A stretch of 20,000 nucleotides of DNA from an uncultured virus (IMG/VR IMGVR_UViG_3300025018_001528) (taxonomy: Duplodnaviria; Heunggongvirae; Uroviricota; Caudoviricetes). The position numbers and the translations under genes are program-made. Of this stretch, positions 1-7,698 are shown one piece after another. The notes beneath the pieces were generated by a model. The model worked only from the letters and a program-made list of their open reading frames with translations, was not told where the DNA came from and did no database searches. The stretch lies in the IMG/VR virus record IMGVR_UViG_3300025018_001528; one strand, 5' to 3'. Every line of letters starts with the position of its first letter. The first letter of the stretch is position 1.

Positions 1-482
1 GCTTCCTGTACCGTTTTGTAAAATTCACCTTGGATCGGGTCTTTAACAAACCATGATAATCTATATACCTCGGGACAACCATTCTTAATAATGGCTGCCT
101 TCTTAATATTCCCACCCTTCAATTTCATAATATTTTCAATCACCTTCTCAACCTGGGCTATGATATCATCAGCCAAAACAGGTAGCACGACCCCGTATGG
201 CCCCCATTCAGGCTTATCTTTTACTATTTGTACTGCCGCTGCACGATCAACTCGTGAGACAAATAAAGGTTGTGTTATGAATACTTCTAACCCACGATGC
301 CCACCACGGGTTAATTTTGCCCCGCTTGGAAATGGACAACCATTTACCACCTTAACCATAGTACCGGGTGGTATATTCATTATGTGCCCCAACAACTGGA
401 CTGGTATTTTACATTGTGGCATAGAAACCACAAATAACTGAACCATCAGATCATACAAAGGTATGATTTCTTTGGCTGCCAT
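1..482 (-). CDS. hypothetical protein, partial (runs off left edge)
   Basis: Manual translation from ATG at 482 (MAAKEIIPLYDLMVQ...KDPIQGEFYKTVQE) is open to position 1. The start overlaps the upstream stop (TAATG). Not in the ORF track because it is truncated. Confidence 0.75.
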   Translation of the reverse strand, partial: MAAKEIIPLYDLMVQLFVVSMPQCKIPVQLLGHIMNIPPGTMVKVVNGCPFPSGAKLTRGGHRGLEVFITQPLFVSRVDRAAAVQIVKDKPEWGPYGVVLPVLADDIIAQVEKVIENIMKLKGGNIKKAAIIKNGCPEVYRLSWFVKDPIQGEFYKTVQE

Positions 483-697
483 TACCGCATTACCTCCTCA
501 CTATTTTTAATCATGAACTGTTTTTTCCTTGCTTCTTTGATGTTCCACAGTGCAACCGTAATCGTCCTACGCACATCCCCTTCTGGCCATTTTCTGATAT
601 TCTTGGATCGTTCCTTACCAATCATATCCCTAAATGCAAATTCTAAAACGGTTTTGGCCATGTGCGCTGTCCTCCATTTATTGTTGAGGGTTGCCAC
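482..697 (-). CDS. hypothetical protein (71 aa)
   Basis: ORF track; packed in the minus-strand gene run. Confidence 0.6.
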   Translation of the reverse strand: MATLNNKWRTAHMAKTVLEFAFRDMIGKERSKNIRKWPEGDVRRTITVALWNIKEARKKQFMIKNSEEVMR

Positions 698-707
698 AAT
701 TACAACA

Positions 708-926
708 TTATGGACGCAATTTTATGTCATATACGAATGTCTTATGAATAACACCTCCTAACTTAATAGCATCATCGAATTTTGTTGAATATAGATGCTC
801 TGCAATTTTGAATCCACTAGCAGCACCAAGCATAAAGACAATCAACCACCAAAATCCAACCTTCTGTATTTTGGTCCACACATTATGAGCTTGTATCTGT
901 ATATCTTCCCCGCTAATTGACTTCAT
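708..926 (-). CDS. small single-pass membrane protein
   Basis: Hydrophobic segment VGFWWLIVFMLGAASG; GAGGG RBS upstream. Confidence 0.65.
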   Translation of the reverse strand: MKSISGEDIQIQAHNVWTKIQKVGFWWLIVFMLGAASGFKIAEHLYSTKFDDAIKLGGVIHKTFVYDIKLRP

Positions 927-1080
927 TTGATCCCTCTCTCTTATCTTTATAATATTTTGGACAATTCATGTACCCCAACGGGATATCCAATTTGCATTCC
1001 GCTTCGTAACTGGGATCATCCTCCGCCATTACATCTACATACAAATTTCTGCATGTGTCACACGGTTTAGGGGTATTCAT
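913..1080 (-). CDS. small Cys-containing hypothetical protein (55 aa)
   Basis: Manual translation MNTPKPCDTCRNLYVD...ECKLDIPLGYMNCPKYY...; GAGG RBS upstream; fills the intergenic gap. Confidence 0.6.
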   Translation of the reverse strand: MNTPKPCDTCRNLYVDVMAEDDPSYEAECKLDIPLGYMNCPKYYKDKREGSNEVN

Positions 1081-1097
1081 TTACCTCATCCTCCTTG

Positions 1098-1592
1098 TCA
1101 AAGTAACCTCTTATACAAAGCAAAAGTTTCTGTTGCATATGCTCTTGCTGCTTCGTTATTCCCGCCTTTATATAAGGCAAGTGCAAGCTTTAAATCGCCT
1201 CTACTATACCGCAACTTCTCACGCAAAATCTCAGCACCATGCAATGTGTCCACACTAGCCCACTTAAACGTAGCCCATGGTGTTTGCATTAATCCCTTAT
1301 ATCCCTTATTCGATACTGCTTTATAATTAAATTCGGATTCTGTTTTCATTAATGCCACAATTAATTCCGGAGAAAGATCAGTCATGGCTGATGCGTTTGT
1401 CACTGCTTTACTTAGGTCATTTATTTTACCTGGTGGCGCTTTGACCTTATATAAAGCAAGTTGCGCTCTATTAATCGCTGCTACTCGTGTCACTGGTTGT
1501 GGGATTGAGGTCATAAATCCATAGATAGACCAACTAAGACATACAGTACTAATTAATAATATAACTGATCTTAGAATTGGTCTGGTAGACAT
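1098..1592 (-). CDS. lytic transglycosylase (SLT domain) with N-terminal signal/TM anchor
   Basis: SLT motifs ALMKTES (catalytic Glu), KGLMQ and LALALYKGG (AYNAG-like); hydrophobic N-terminus; AGGAGG RBS. Confidence 0.88.
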   Translation of the reverse strand: MSTRPILRSVILLISTVCLSWSIYGFMTSIPQPVTRVAAINRAQLALYKVKAPPGKINDLSKAVTNASAMTDLSPELIVALMKTESEFNYKAVSNKGYKGLMQTPWATFKWASVDTLHGAEILREKLRYSRGDLKLALALYKGGNNEAARAYATETFALYKRLL

Positions 1593-1610
1593 GCTACCTC
1601 CTTTGTTATA

Positions 1611-1799
1611 TTATCCCCCTATTCTATTAATATCTACCACAGATACCCTGGTGATTTTAAAACTTTGTGTAATTATTTTTTGTTTTAACAACATCTCTTC
1701 TATATGGAATATTAATAGTGCGGCCTCATCCTCCATTGTACCCTCAGTATCAACCTCTATGGCTACCTGCCACATCTCCGTGGGGTTCAAATTTGGCAT
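1611..1799 (-). CDS. hypothetical protein (62 aa)
   Basis: ORF track; GAGGA RBS. Confidence 0.6.
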   Translation of the reverse strand: MPNLNPTEMWQVAIEVDTEGTMEDEAALLIFHIEEMLLKQKIITQSFKITRVSVVDINRIGG

Positions 1800-2050
1800 T
1801 TATGGTCGTCCTCTGTTATCTTGCGGCATATTTTACATATTATATATCCGCTATTTTCAAAGATATTATCAATTTCGTTTTGGGTAATTGGCAGATCAAG
1901 TACTTTTTTCATACCTAATCCTTCTTCGTACATCTTGGTAGCTGCACCTTCCATCCATCGATGCAGAAACTCATGCATTTCCATAAATCGTGTAGATTCT
2001 GGCAAATATAAAATCTCATTCAACACTTCCTCCCACACAAATTCCATCAC
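1787..2050 (-). CDS. hypothetical protein with C-terminal CxxC...HxC
   Basis: ORF track; CKIC...HKC; G-rich RBS. Confidence 0.6.
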   Translation of the reverse strand: MMEFVWEEVLNEILYLPESTRFMEMHEFLHRWMEGAATKMYEEGLGMKKVLDLPITQNEIDNIFENSGYIICKICRKITEDDHKCQI

Positions 2051-2058
2051 ATACCCCC

Positions 2059-2274
2059 CTAGAGTGATTTATCTACTATTATATATACCATCGTATTACT
2101 TTCATAAATGTGTTTATCACATTTTTTAATAATTGGGCACGTAATAATATGCATCCCAGTATAATATGTTTCTGTTTCGTCTCTTAATACTGTTCCATAA
2201 ATACACTGGTTTCTATTGGTTTGAAACTTACTGAATTGCGCATTAGTTAAATATAACTTATACTTAGGCTGCAT
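2059..2274 (-). CDS. hypothetical protein (likely start MQPKYK)
   Basis: Same frame as ORF 2059..2352; start moved to the ATG overlapping the end of the upstream gene. Confidence 0.5.
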   Translation of the reverse strand: MQPKYKLYLTNAQFSKFQTNRNQCIYGTVLRDETETYYTGMHIITCPIIKKCDKHIYESNTMVYIIVDKSL

Positions 2275-2977
2275 CTTGAATGGTGGGTCCAAAATATTCC
2301 ACCTCTTTTGTGGCCGTATTAAAACATTCAAACTTCTCGTCATCACATCCAAGAGCCCAATGGTTTGACAATACTTGGGTTACTCCGTTAGATGTTTTAG
2401 AATGACCAAATACCTGTGGGACACCATAAAATTCTTCATCTCGATAATCTGCCCAAAATATCCCCCCATATCCATTAGAACCACCACGAGATTTTGGTAT
2501 ATAAAATATTCTACTCTGTTGTGGGTAATGGTGTCTTCTATTCTTTAAAAAAAAATCCCATTCAGAATTGATTATATCTAAAATATTGGTAACGTTTGTT
2601 GTTTTAAATAGGCTATTCCCCAACCCATTAGAAATCCCACCATGGATAATAACAAACCCATCCTCTACAAAAGCTGGCACAAATCGTTCGATGAACGATT
2701 CAAAAATCTGATTAAGTGATTTGGCCGTGTGTTGTCTATATCCTGAACATCTAAATGGCGATCCATCCAGATAATGAATATCGTGATTACCAAGCAATAA
2801 CTTTGCGTCTGACTCAATTACCAACTTTAATGTTCCGTAAATAATTGCATCGGGCTGATTAAAGGAATCGACATAATCACCAGCAAAAACGTGTAAAATC
2901 TCTGGTTTATATTCTAAAAAGGCTTTGGCCTTATCATACCTACCATGAACATCCCCAAGTACTAGTGCCATTATCAT
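2264..2977 (-). CDS. calcineurin-like metallophosphoesterase
   Basis: Motifs GDVHG, GDYVD, GNHD, HGG and GHS in the canonical order; AAGGAG RBS. Confidence 0.92.
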   Translation of the reverse strand: MIMALVLGDVHGRYDKAKAFLEYKPEILHVFAGDYVDSFNQPDAIIYGTLKLVIESDAKLLLGNHDIHYLDGSPFRCSGYRQHTAKSLNQIFESFIERFVPAFVEDGFVIIHGGISNGLGNSLFKTTNVTNILDIINSEWDFFLKNRRHHYPQQSRIFYIPKSRGGSNGYGGIFWADYRDEEFYGVPQVFGHSKTSNGVTQVLSNHWALGCDDEKFECFNTATKEVEYFGPTIQDAA

Positions 2978-2995
2978 CTCCTTTCAATTTAACCG

Positions 2996-3156
2996 GGAGG
3001 GGTGGGGGATGGCAACCCCACCACCCCTCCTTCGACTACGCCCTTTCCGTGCACCACAAGCATGCCGCCCATAATTGCACGGCACCCAGTCCAAGCCACG
3101 GAGGGTCGCTCATAGGCCGTCTGCTACCTACTTCGAAAGGAGGCGCTTGGACTGGG
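2996..3156. other. GC-rich intergenic structured element (three consecutive hairpins), candidate ncRNA or cis-regulatory RNA
   Basis: Inverted repeats GGAGGGGTGG/CCACCCCTCC (2996-3005/3021-3030), CCGTGCA/TGCACGG (3047-3053/3076-3082) and CCCAGTCCAAGC/GCTTGGACTGGG (3085-3096/3145-3156). Confidence 0.5.
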
Positions 3157-3163
3157 GTTAAAA

Positions 3164-3241
3164 TTAGAAGTACGATAAACCGATATTAACCAACAACATG
3201 ACTGCTACAAAGGTCAAGTCATACCAAAACAATTCACTCAT
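3164..3241 (-). CDS. 25-aa hydrophobic peptide
   Basis: MSELFWYDLTFVAVMLLVNIGLSYF, preceded by a strong AGGAGGAG RBS. Confidence 0.5.
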   Translation of the reverse strand: MSELFWYDLTFVAVMLLVNIGLSYF

Positions 3242-3251
3242 TATCTCCTCC

Positions 3252-3986
3252 TTATTTCTTAATATAAACCCTCCAACGATCATGTATATTAAGAAATTGT
3301 AAGAAATGCTTATTTATACGCTCAGACTCTTCTTTTAAGAAAGCAAATGTTATTGGAGGAGGCTCCACCTTATCATCGCCCCAATCATACCAATCATCAA
3401 GAGCACCATGAAAATATTTGTCCCCAGTACACCCACCTCTTCCTTCACCACAATAAAACAATAACTGACCAGTACGCATTACATTTACTACCTCTGTCGC
3501 AAAAGATTCATCATATGGGGGCCATGATAAAATTACACCATCAAATTTATTGACGTTTTCTTCAATAAATTTAACAGCATCCCCCCTTATAACATTACCC
3601 CATGACCGGTAGATTTCATGATACTTATCTTTGTCCGCGTTTATAGCGTCAACCGCGAGACCTTTTTCTCGCAATGCGTGGGCCAATACACCATGCCCAC
3701 ATCCAGCATCAACCAATGTGGTTACCCCAAGCTTTCTGCACACATATACAAAATCCTGGATTATTTCGCAGGTTATAATCGCCCACGAAATATTTTTAAC
3801 ATATATAGACCTGAAAGCAATTACAGACAGCATATTTTTAATATCCCTACTTGTATATGGCGCAAATTCTTTTATGGTTGGGATATATTTTCTTGCTATC
3901 CAATCTTCTACTACATTGTTAGCAAGTTCTATATATACCCCATATTTATCTCTCTTAGTAGGGTGCGTCGCAGTTTTAGTTTCCAC
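3252..3986 (-). CDS. class I SAM-dependent methyltransferase-like protein (start uncertain)
   Basis: Motif I LVDAGCGHG, then SWPPY and GEGRGGCTGD. GTG at 3986 overlaps the Ubl 3' end; the ORF-track start at 4094 is probably too long. Confidence 0.75.
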   Translation of the reverse strand: METKTATHPTKRDKYGVYIELANNVVEDWIARKYIPTIKEFAPYTSRDIKNMLSVIAFRSIYVKNISWAIITCEIIQDFVYVCRKLGVTTLVDAGCGHGVLAHALREKGLAVDAINADKDKYHEIYRSWGNVIRGDAVKFIEENVNKFDGVILSWPPYDESFATEVVNVMRTGQLLFYCGEGRGGCTGDKYFHGALDDWYDWGDDKVEPPPITFAFLKEESERINKHFLQFLNIHDRWRVYIKK

Positions 3987-4206
3987 GAATCTTGGCCACC
4001 GCCAAAACCGTATCCCCGGCCTCGACGTATTCGTTAACTTCGGCGCTGTTCCCGTTCTTCTGGATCTCGCAGCTACCCAAATCCTTAATCCCAATCAGAC
4101 CAAATAACTCGCAGATCTTCTTCTTCCCATCAATTGCCAGTTCATGCAGCTGACCTGGGATCTTGCCGATGGTAATAATATTCTCACCCTTGTTAGACTC
4201 AGTCAT
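3976..4206 (-). CDS. ubiquitin-like beta-grasp protein (ThiS/MoaD/Ubl fold)
   Basis: 76 aa; ...IQKNG...VEAGDTVLAVAKIRGN matches the ThiS/MoaD-type 'NG...GDxV' C-terminal pattern with a subterminal Gly. Directly downstream of the E1; GGAGG RBS. Confidence 0.82.
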   Translation of the reverse strand: MTESNKGENIITIGKIPGQLHELAIDGKKKICELFGLIGIKDLGSCEIQKNGNSAEVNEYVEAGDTVLAVAKIRGN

Positions 4207-4220
4207 TGTTCTAATCCTCC

Positions 4221-4922
4221 TTAGAATTTTTTATTGATGATTAACATCGGAGACAACGACAAAATTATTTCATTTGGAAATGGTTTGTTGTTAACGAAAT
4301 TGAGCATAGAGAATACTGCCATCCCAGCGATTGTGTCTACTGTAGGAGCAATAGCGCGACGTGTACACACAGATTCTTCAGCCTCCTCGTCTGAATAGAG
4401 TGTTTTTTCATACGCCTCCACTTGCGCAGGAATTGTTGGCTTAACTACGTATATCCTCCCTCCCTCAGCCTCCATCCTGGTTTCAATTAATAGATCAACG
4501 GCTAGTTGATATTTCACTGACTTATCCCATATCTGTTTCCGACTTTTCATAGTATCAGTAAGAACAAAAACGATTCCCTTTAACGGTCCTCCAGTGAATT
4601 TTTTGGGGATTGCTTTGATCTTAACACCGGTTGCATCCAACACCATTTCAGCTATAGCATGGACTTTTTTGGCCCCAATATCCTTAATCCTAAATATTTG
4701 ATTCGGTAGATTGTAATTCTCTACTCCATCATCATCATACACTGTAATATCCTTACATCCCATTTTGGCAAGGAGCATAGTGATGTATGAGCCCGTAGCA
4801 CCCGCGCCAATTACAGTAACTGGCGTCTTAAACTTCGTTGGCGAAAAGATATCTAACTGTCGCCAGAAATCAGGCTCTTGTCCTTTTCCTTCCACCAGCC
4901 TTCCCCCTTTGTCCCTTGCCAT
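4221..4922 (-). CDS. ThiF/MoeB-family E1-like adenylyltransferase
   Basis: RQ motif, VTVIGAGATGS nucleotide-binding loop, DDDGVENYNLPNQ, K-K, LTD, and a candidate catalytic Cys in ESVCT. Confidence 0.92.
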   Translation of the reverse strand: MARDKGGRLVEGKGQEPDFWRQLDIFSPTKFKTPVTVIGAGATGSYITMLLAKMGCKDITVYDDDGVENYNLPNQIFRIKDIGAKKVHAIAEMVLDATGVKIKAIPKKFTGGPLKGIVFVLTDTMKSRKQIWDKSVKYQLAVDLLIETRMEAEGGRIYVVKPTIPAQVEAYEKTLYSDEEAEESVCTRRAIAPTVDTIAGMAVFSMLNFVNNKPFPNEIILSLSPMLIINKKF

Positions 4923-5596
4923 ATATACCCTCCTCCATGAGTTACCTTCTTTTTAATCTCTTTGGCGATTTCTTTCCTGCGGTTTTCATCATGGCCAACC
5001 TTAACATCGATTTGCCATGGGCAATCAACAATCTTCAACTTACGTTCGTAATCGAAGAACGTGAAAGAACAGTGCCCTTCTCTGGAAAATATCCCACGGA
5101 TAAAATATTTATTGTGCGCAAACAGATCCATCTGATTCTCATCCTGTGCAGATGGTCCAACCCAACTACCAGGATGAACATGTCCCCAGAAGAGAATACG
5201 ATTCAACATAGCCTTGTTGTTTGGGTTGGCCTTGAGCATGTCAATATAAAATTGGCTGACACTGTTCTGATCAATTTCGGTATGTTCATAACTTACTGAT
5301 TGCTTAAATAAAAATACTTTCTCGATTAAATACCCACCATTCTCAGTCTCTTTCACAGACCCAAGCCATGATATTTCTTCAGTACCACTCTCCTGCATGA
5401 TATAATTCATATCACGAAGGGCCTCTATAGAAATAAGGATATTTGGGATTTCATTTGCACCCAGACGTTCCACTTTTGTTTCTGCTACGTGTGGTACCAA
5501 GGGCCTGGCCGGAGCAGGTGTGTGTACATACATACCATCCCAACCACCCCCATAATCTCCATTTAAATACCCATCATAATATCTACTTTTTGTCAT
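4853..5596 (-). CDS. JAB/MPN+ (JAMM) metallopeptidase
   Basis: Catalytic Glu in EEISWLG and the HxH-x7-S-xx-D motif GHVHPGSWVGPSAQD. Confidence 0.88.
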   Translation of the reverse strand: MTKSRYYDGYLNGDYGGGWDGMYVHTPAPARPLVPHVAETKVERLGANEIPNILISIEALRDMNYIMQESGTEEISWLGSVKETENGGYLIEKVFLFKQSVSYEHTEIDQNSVSQFYIDMLKANPNNKAMLNRILFWGHVHPGSWVGPSAQDENQMDLFAHNKYFIRGIFSREGHCSFTFFDYERKLKIVDCPWQIDVKVGHDENRRKEIAKEIKKKVTHGGGYIWQGTKGEGWWKEKDKSLISGDS

Positions 5597-6215
5597 TTTC
5601 CTCTTCTTTCTTAGCCTTTTTTAAAGGCCAATTTGTGATCTTTGAACGATGTCCACCATCCTCATTAACTGATTTCAAATATTGGATACACACTGAAATC
5701 GCTGCTGCATATTGATACCCTGCAATCATTTGAGGTAAACATTCTTGGATATTACCAAGACATGGATCTCCATTTTCATACACATGTGGATGAGCTGTAC
5801 CATTTAATGACCTGGTCAAATTTTGCATTTTTACAATAAAATTCCTCGGATTAATTGATAAAACAATTTTAAATTTACCAATATCATACACTTTATTGTG
5901 ATATTCAATATAAATTGGCCCAGTAAATATAGTAATATAATTTTCATCTATTAATAAACCTTCTATGTCTGGATGGGTCATTAATCTATCAAATTCTATA
6001 CCTTTAATTTCCGCAAACTCTGGTGTATCAATACGGGCTACCTGGTATTCAGTCCTTGTTTCCTCAAGATCTCTAATATAATTTACCAAATCAATTTGGG
6101 CCGCAACAACGTGCTCTTCTTTATCACGCATTAACCGTTCCAGCTTCTTTATCTTATTTAATCTATTACCACTAACTAGATCTATATATTTTCGACGCAT
6201 TAGAATTGTATCCAT
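5583..6215 (-). CDS. E2/UBC-like protein with N-terminal coiled coil (paralog B)
   Basis: HPHVYENGDPCLG resembles the UBC active-site signature HPN(V/I)xxxGxICL; adjacent to JAB, E1 and Ubl. Confidence 0.75.
   Translation of the reverse strand: MDTILMRRKYIDLVSGNRLNKIKKLERLMRDKEEHVVAAQIDLVNYIRDLEETRTEYQVARIDTPEFAEIKGIEFDRLMTHPDIEGLLIDENYITIFTGPIYIEYHNKVYDIGKFKIVLSINPRNFIVKMQNLTRSLNGTAHPHVYENGDPCLGNIQECLPQMIAGYQYAAAISVCIQYLKSVNEDGGHRSKITNWPLKKAKKEEENDKK
5720..5765. repeat. 46-nt exact direct repeat (second copy 6372-6417) covering the E2-like active-site codons
   Basis: ctgcaatcatttgaggtaaacattcttggatattaccaagacatgg occurs at both positions. Confidence 0.9.
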
Positions 6216-6249
6216 TAATATACCCCAATCTTACCTTGATATCTCTTTC

Positions 6250-7119
6250 CTATTTCCCTCTTCTCTTTGCCATTTTTAAAGGCCAATTGTGAATATTTAC
6301 ATAATATCCACTATCATTAACTGATTTTAAATATTGAATACATACAAAAATAGCGGCTGCAAATTGCCGTGCTGCAATCATTTGAGGTAAACATTCTTGG
6401 ATATTACCAAGACATGGCCGCCCATTATTACGTATGTGTGGATGAGCATAACCTTTAATCTTTCTGGTCAAATTACGCATTTTTACTATAAATTCCGTAG
6501 GGTTAATTGCTAATACTATTTTAAATTCACCAACATCATATATCTTATTATTATACTTAATATAAATAGGTCTAGTCCATACAGTAAAATAATTATCATC
6601 TATAAATATCCTTACTATATCAGGATTAGCCATTAACTTATCAAATTCAACACCTTTGTTTTCTGTGATACCCTGATCACCTTCACAAATTACTTTATAT
6701 TCTCTATTTTTCCCCTCAAGATTTCTTAGGTTATTTACCAAATCTATTTGAATCGCGTGGATGCGTGCTTCTTGATCATGTATCGCATGTTTTAGGTGTT
6801 CCACTGCTTTTTTTGACCTTAAACCACTAGCTATTTCAATATATTTTTGCCGCATTTCTTGTCTTTTATCTTTCAGTTTTGACTTAAATGATTCGTCTAC
6901 TGTAGCCATATACACTCCACGATATACAGTACGACTACTTTTTAACTTACTTATTGGTAATTTTAGTACCTTACATACCTCCTTAAAATGCTTGGCATGT
7001 ACACCAACAACGGTTTGTTTGTTGACCTTTAAACGACCAGCCACAAACCTAGATAATTCGGGTTTATTCTTGAAATAGGCCTCTTTTAAAGCAACCACCG
7101 AATCTGGATGTACCCTCAT
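6250..7119 (-). CDS. E2/UBC-like protein with extended N-terminus and coiled coil (paralog A)
   Basis: HPHIRNNGRPCLG; C-terminal half highly similar to 5583..6215. Confidence 0.75.
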   Translation of the reverse strand: MRVHPDSVVALKEAYFKNKPELSRFVAGRLKVNKQTVVGVHAKHFKEVCKVLKLPISKLKSSRTVYRGVYMATVDESFKSKLKDKRQEMRQKYIEIASGLRSKKAVEHLKHAIHDQEARIHAIQIDLVNNLRNLEGKNREYKVICEGDQGITENKGVEFDKLMANPDIVRIFIDDNYFTVWTRPIYIKYNNKIYDVGEFKIVLAINPTEFIVKMRNLTRKIKGYAHPHIRNNGRPCLGNIQECLPQMIAARQFAAAIFVCIQYLKSVNDSGYYVNIHNWPLKMAKRRGK

Positions 7120-7451
7120 TGATTACCCTCTTGTGGTGGATCTGGTTGAAAACCAATAGACCAATCAATCCAATAAATCATCCCAGCTGCCATAGTCACT
7201 ATCAAAAATATGGCAACTATTGAATCAATTGGTTGTACTAAACGCAACGGGATTGGCCTATAAATTATAACTAATATCGCTGATATCCAGTGGCTAGTAC
7301 AATATACACAGGACACAAGTTTACCAAGCCATGCATTCTTTTTACGGACCCATTGCCTGATGGGTCTCATAACCCCAGCCTTACTAATGGAGCAAGAAAT
7401 TGATGCCACCGCACCAGCCAGTATTAAACAAACAAGCAGCCCATTAAACAT
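7116..7451 (-). CDS. DUF1360-like membrane protein with CxxC
   Basis: TM segments plus LGKLVSCVYCTSHW (G-L-x-CxxC-xx-W pattern). Start at ATG 7451 follows GGAGGT. Confidence 0.7.
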   Translation of the reverse strand: MFNGLLVCLILAGAVASISCSISKAGVMRPIRQWVRKKNAWLGKLVSCVYCTSHWISAILVIIYRPIPLRLVQPIDSIVAIFLIVTMAAGMIYWIDWSIGFQPDPPQEGNQ

Positions 7452-7467
7452 TGTGCCACCTCCAAAA

Positions 7468-7695
7468 TTAACATTCACAATTATGCGAAGGACGCCGGTC
7501 CTGTCTCTGATTAATCCTTTCCTGTGTCCTATTAATCAACCCACCAACATTCTTAATATCACTATCTAAATTGCGTAACACTTCATCAACGCCGGGGATA
7601 ACGGCCATTTCAAGCCCAAGACCGTCAAAATCATTAGAACCGCCCCCCCCACCGCCTTTATGCGACCTCTTCTTAATCTGCTCCTGTGCACTCAC
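7468..7695 (-). CDS. small Pup-like protein (75 aa), C-terminus CEC
   Basis: N-terminus AQEQIKKRSHKGGGGGG resembles Pup MAQEQTKRGGGGG; VDEVLRNLDSDI resembles Pup TDDLLDEIDDVL. Directly follows the ARC-like ATPase. Lacks GG[E/Q]. Confidence 0.55.
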   Translation of the reverse strand: MSAQEQIKKRSHKGGGGGGSNDFDGLGLEMAVIPGVDEVLRNLDSDIKNVGGLINRTQERINQRQDRRPSHNCEC

Positions 7696-7698
7696 AAC

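Noticed and set aside
2996..3030. Hairpin as a rho-independent terminator
   Set aside because: No U-tract follows on either strand.
3976..4922. ThiS/ThiF thiamine or MoaD/MoeB molybdopterin biosynthesis
   Set aside because: No thiG or moaE in the window, the Ubl lacks GG, and E2-like and JAB neighbours favour protein conjugation.
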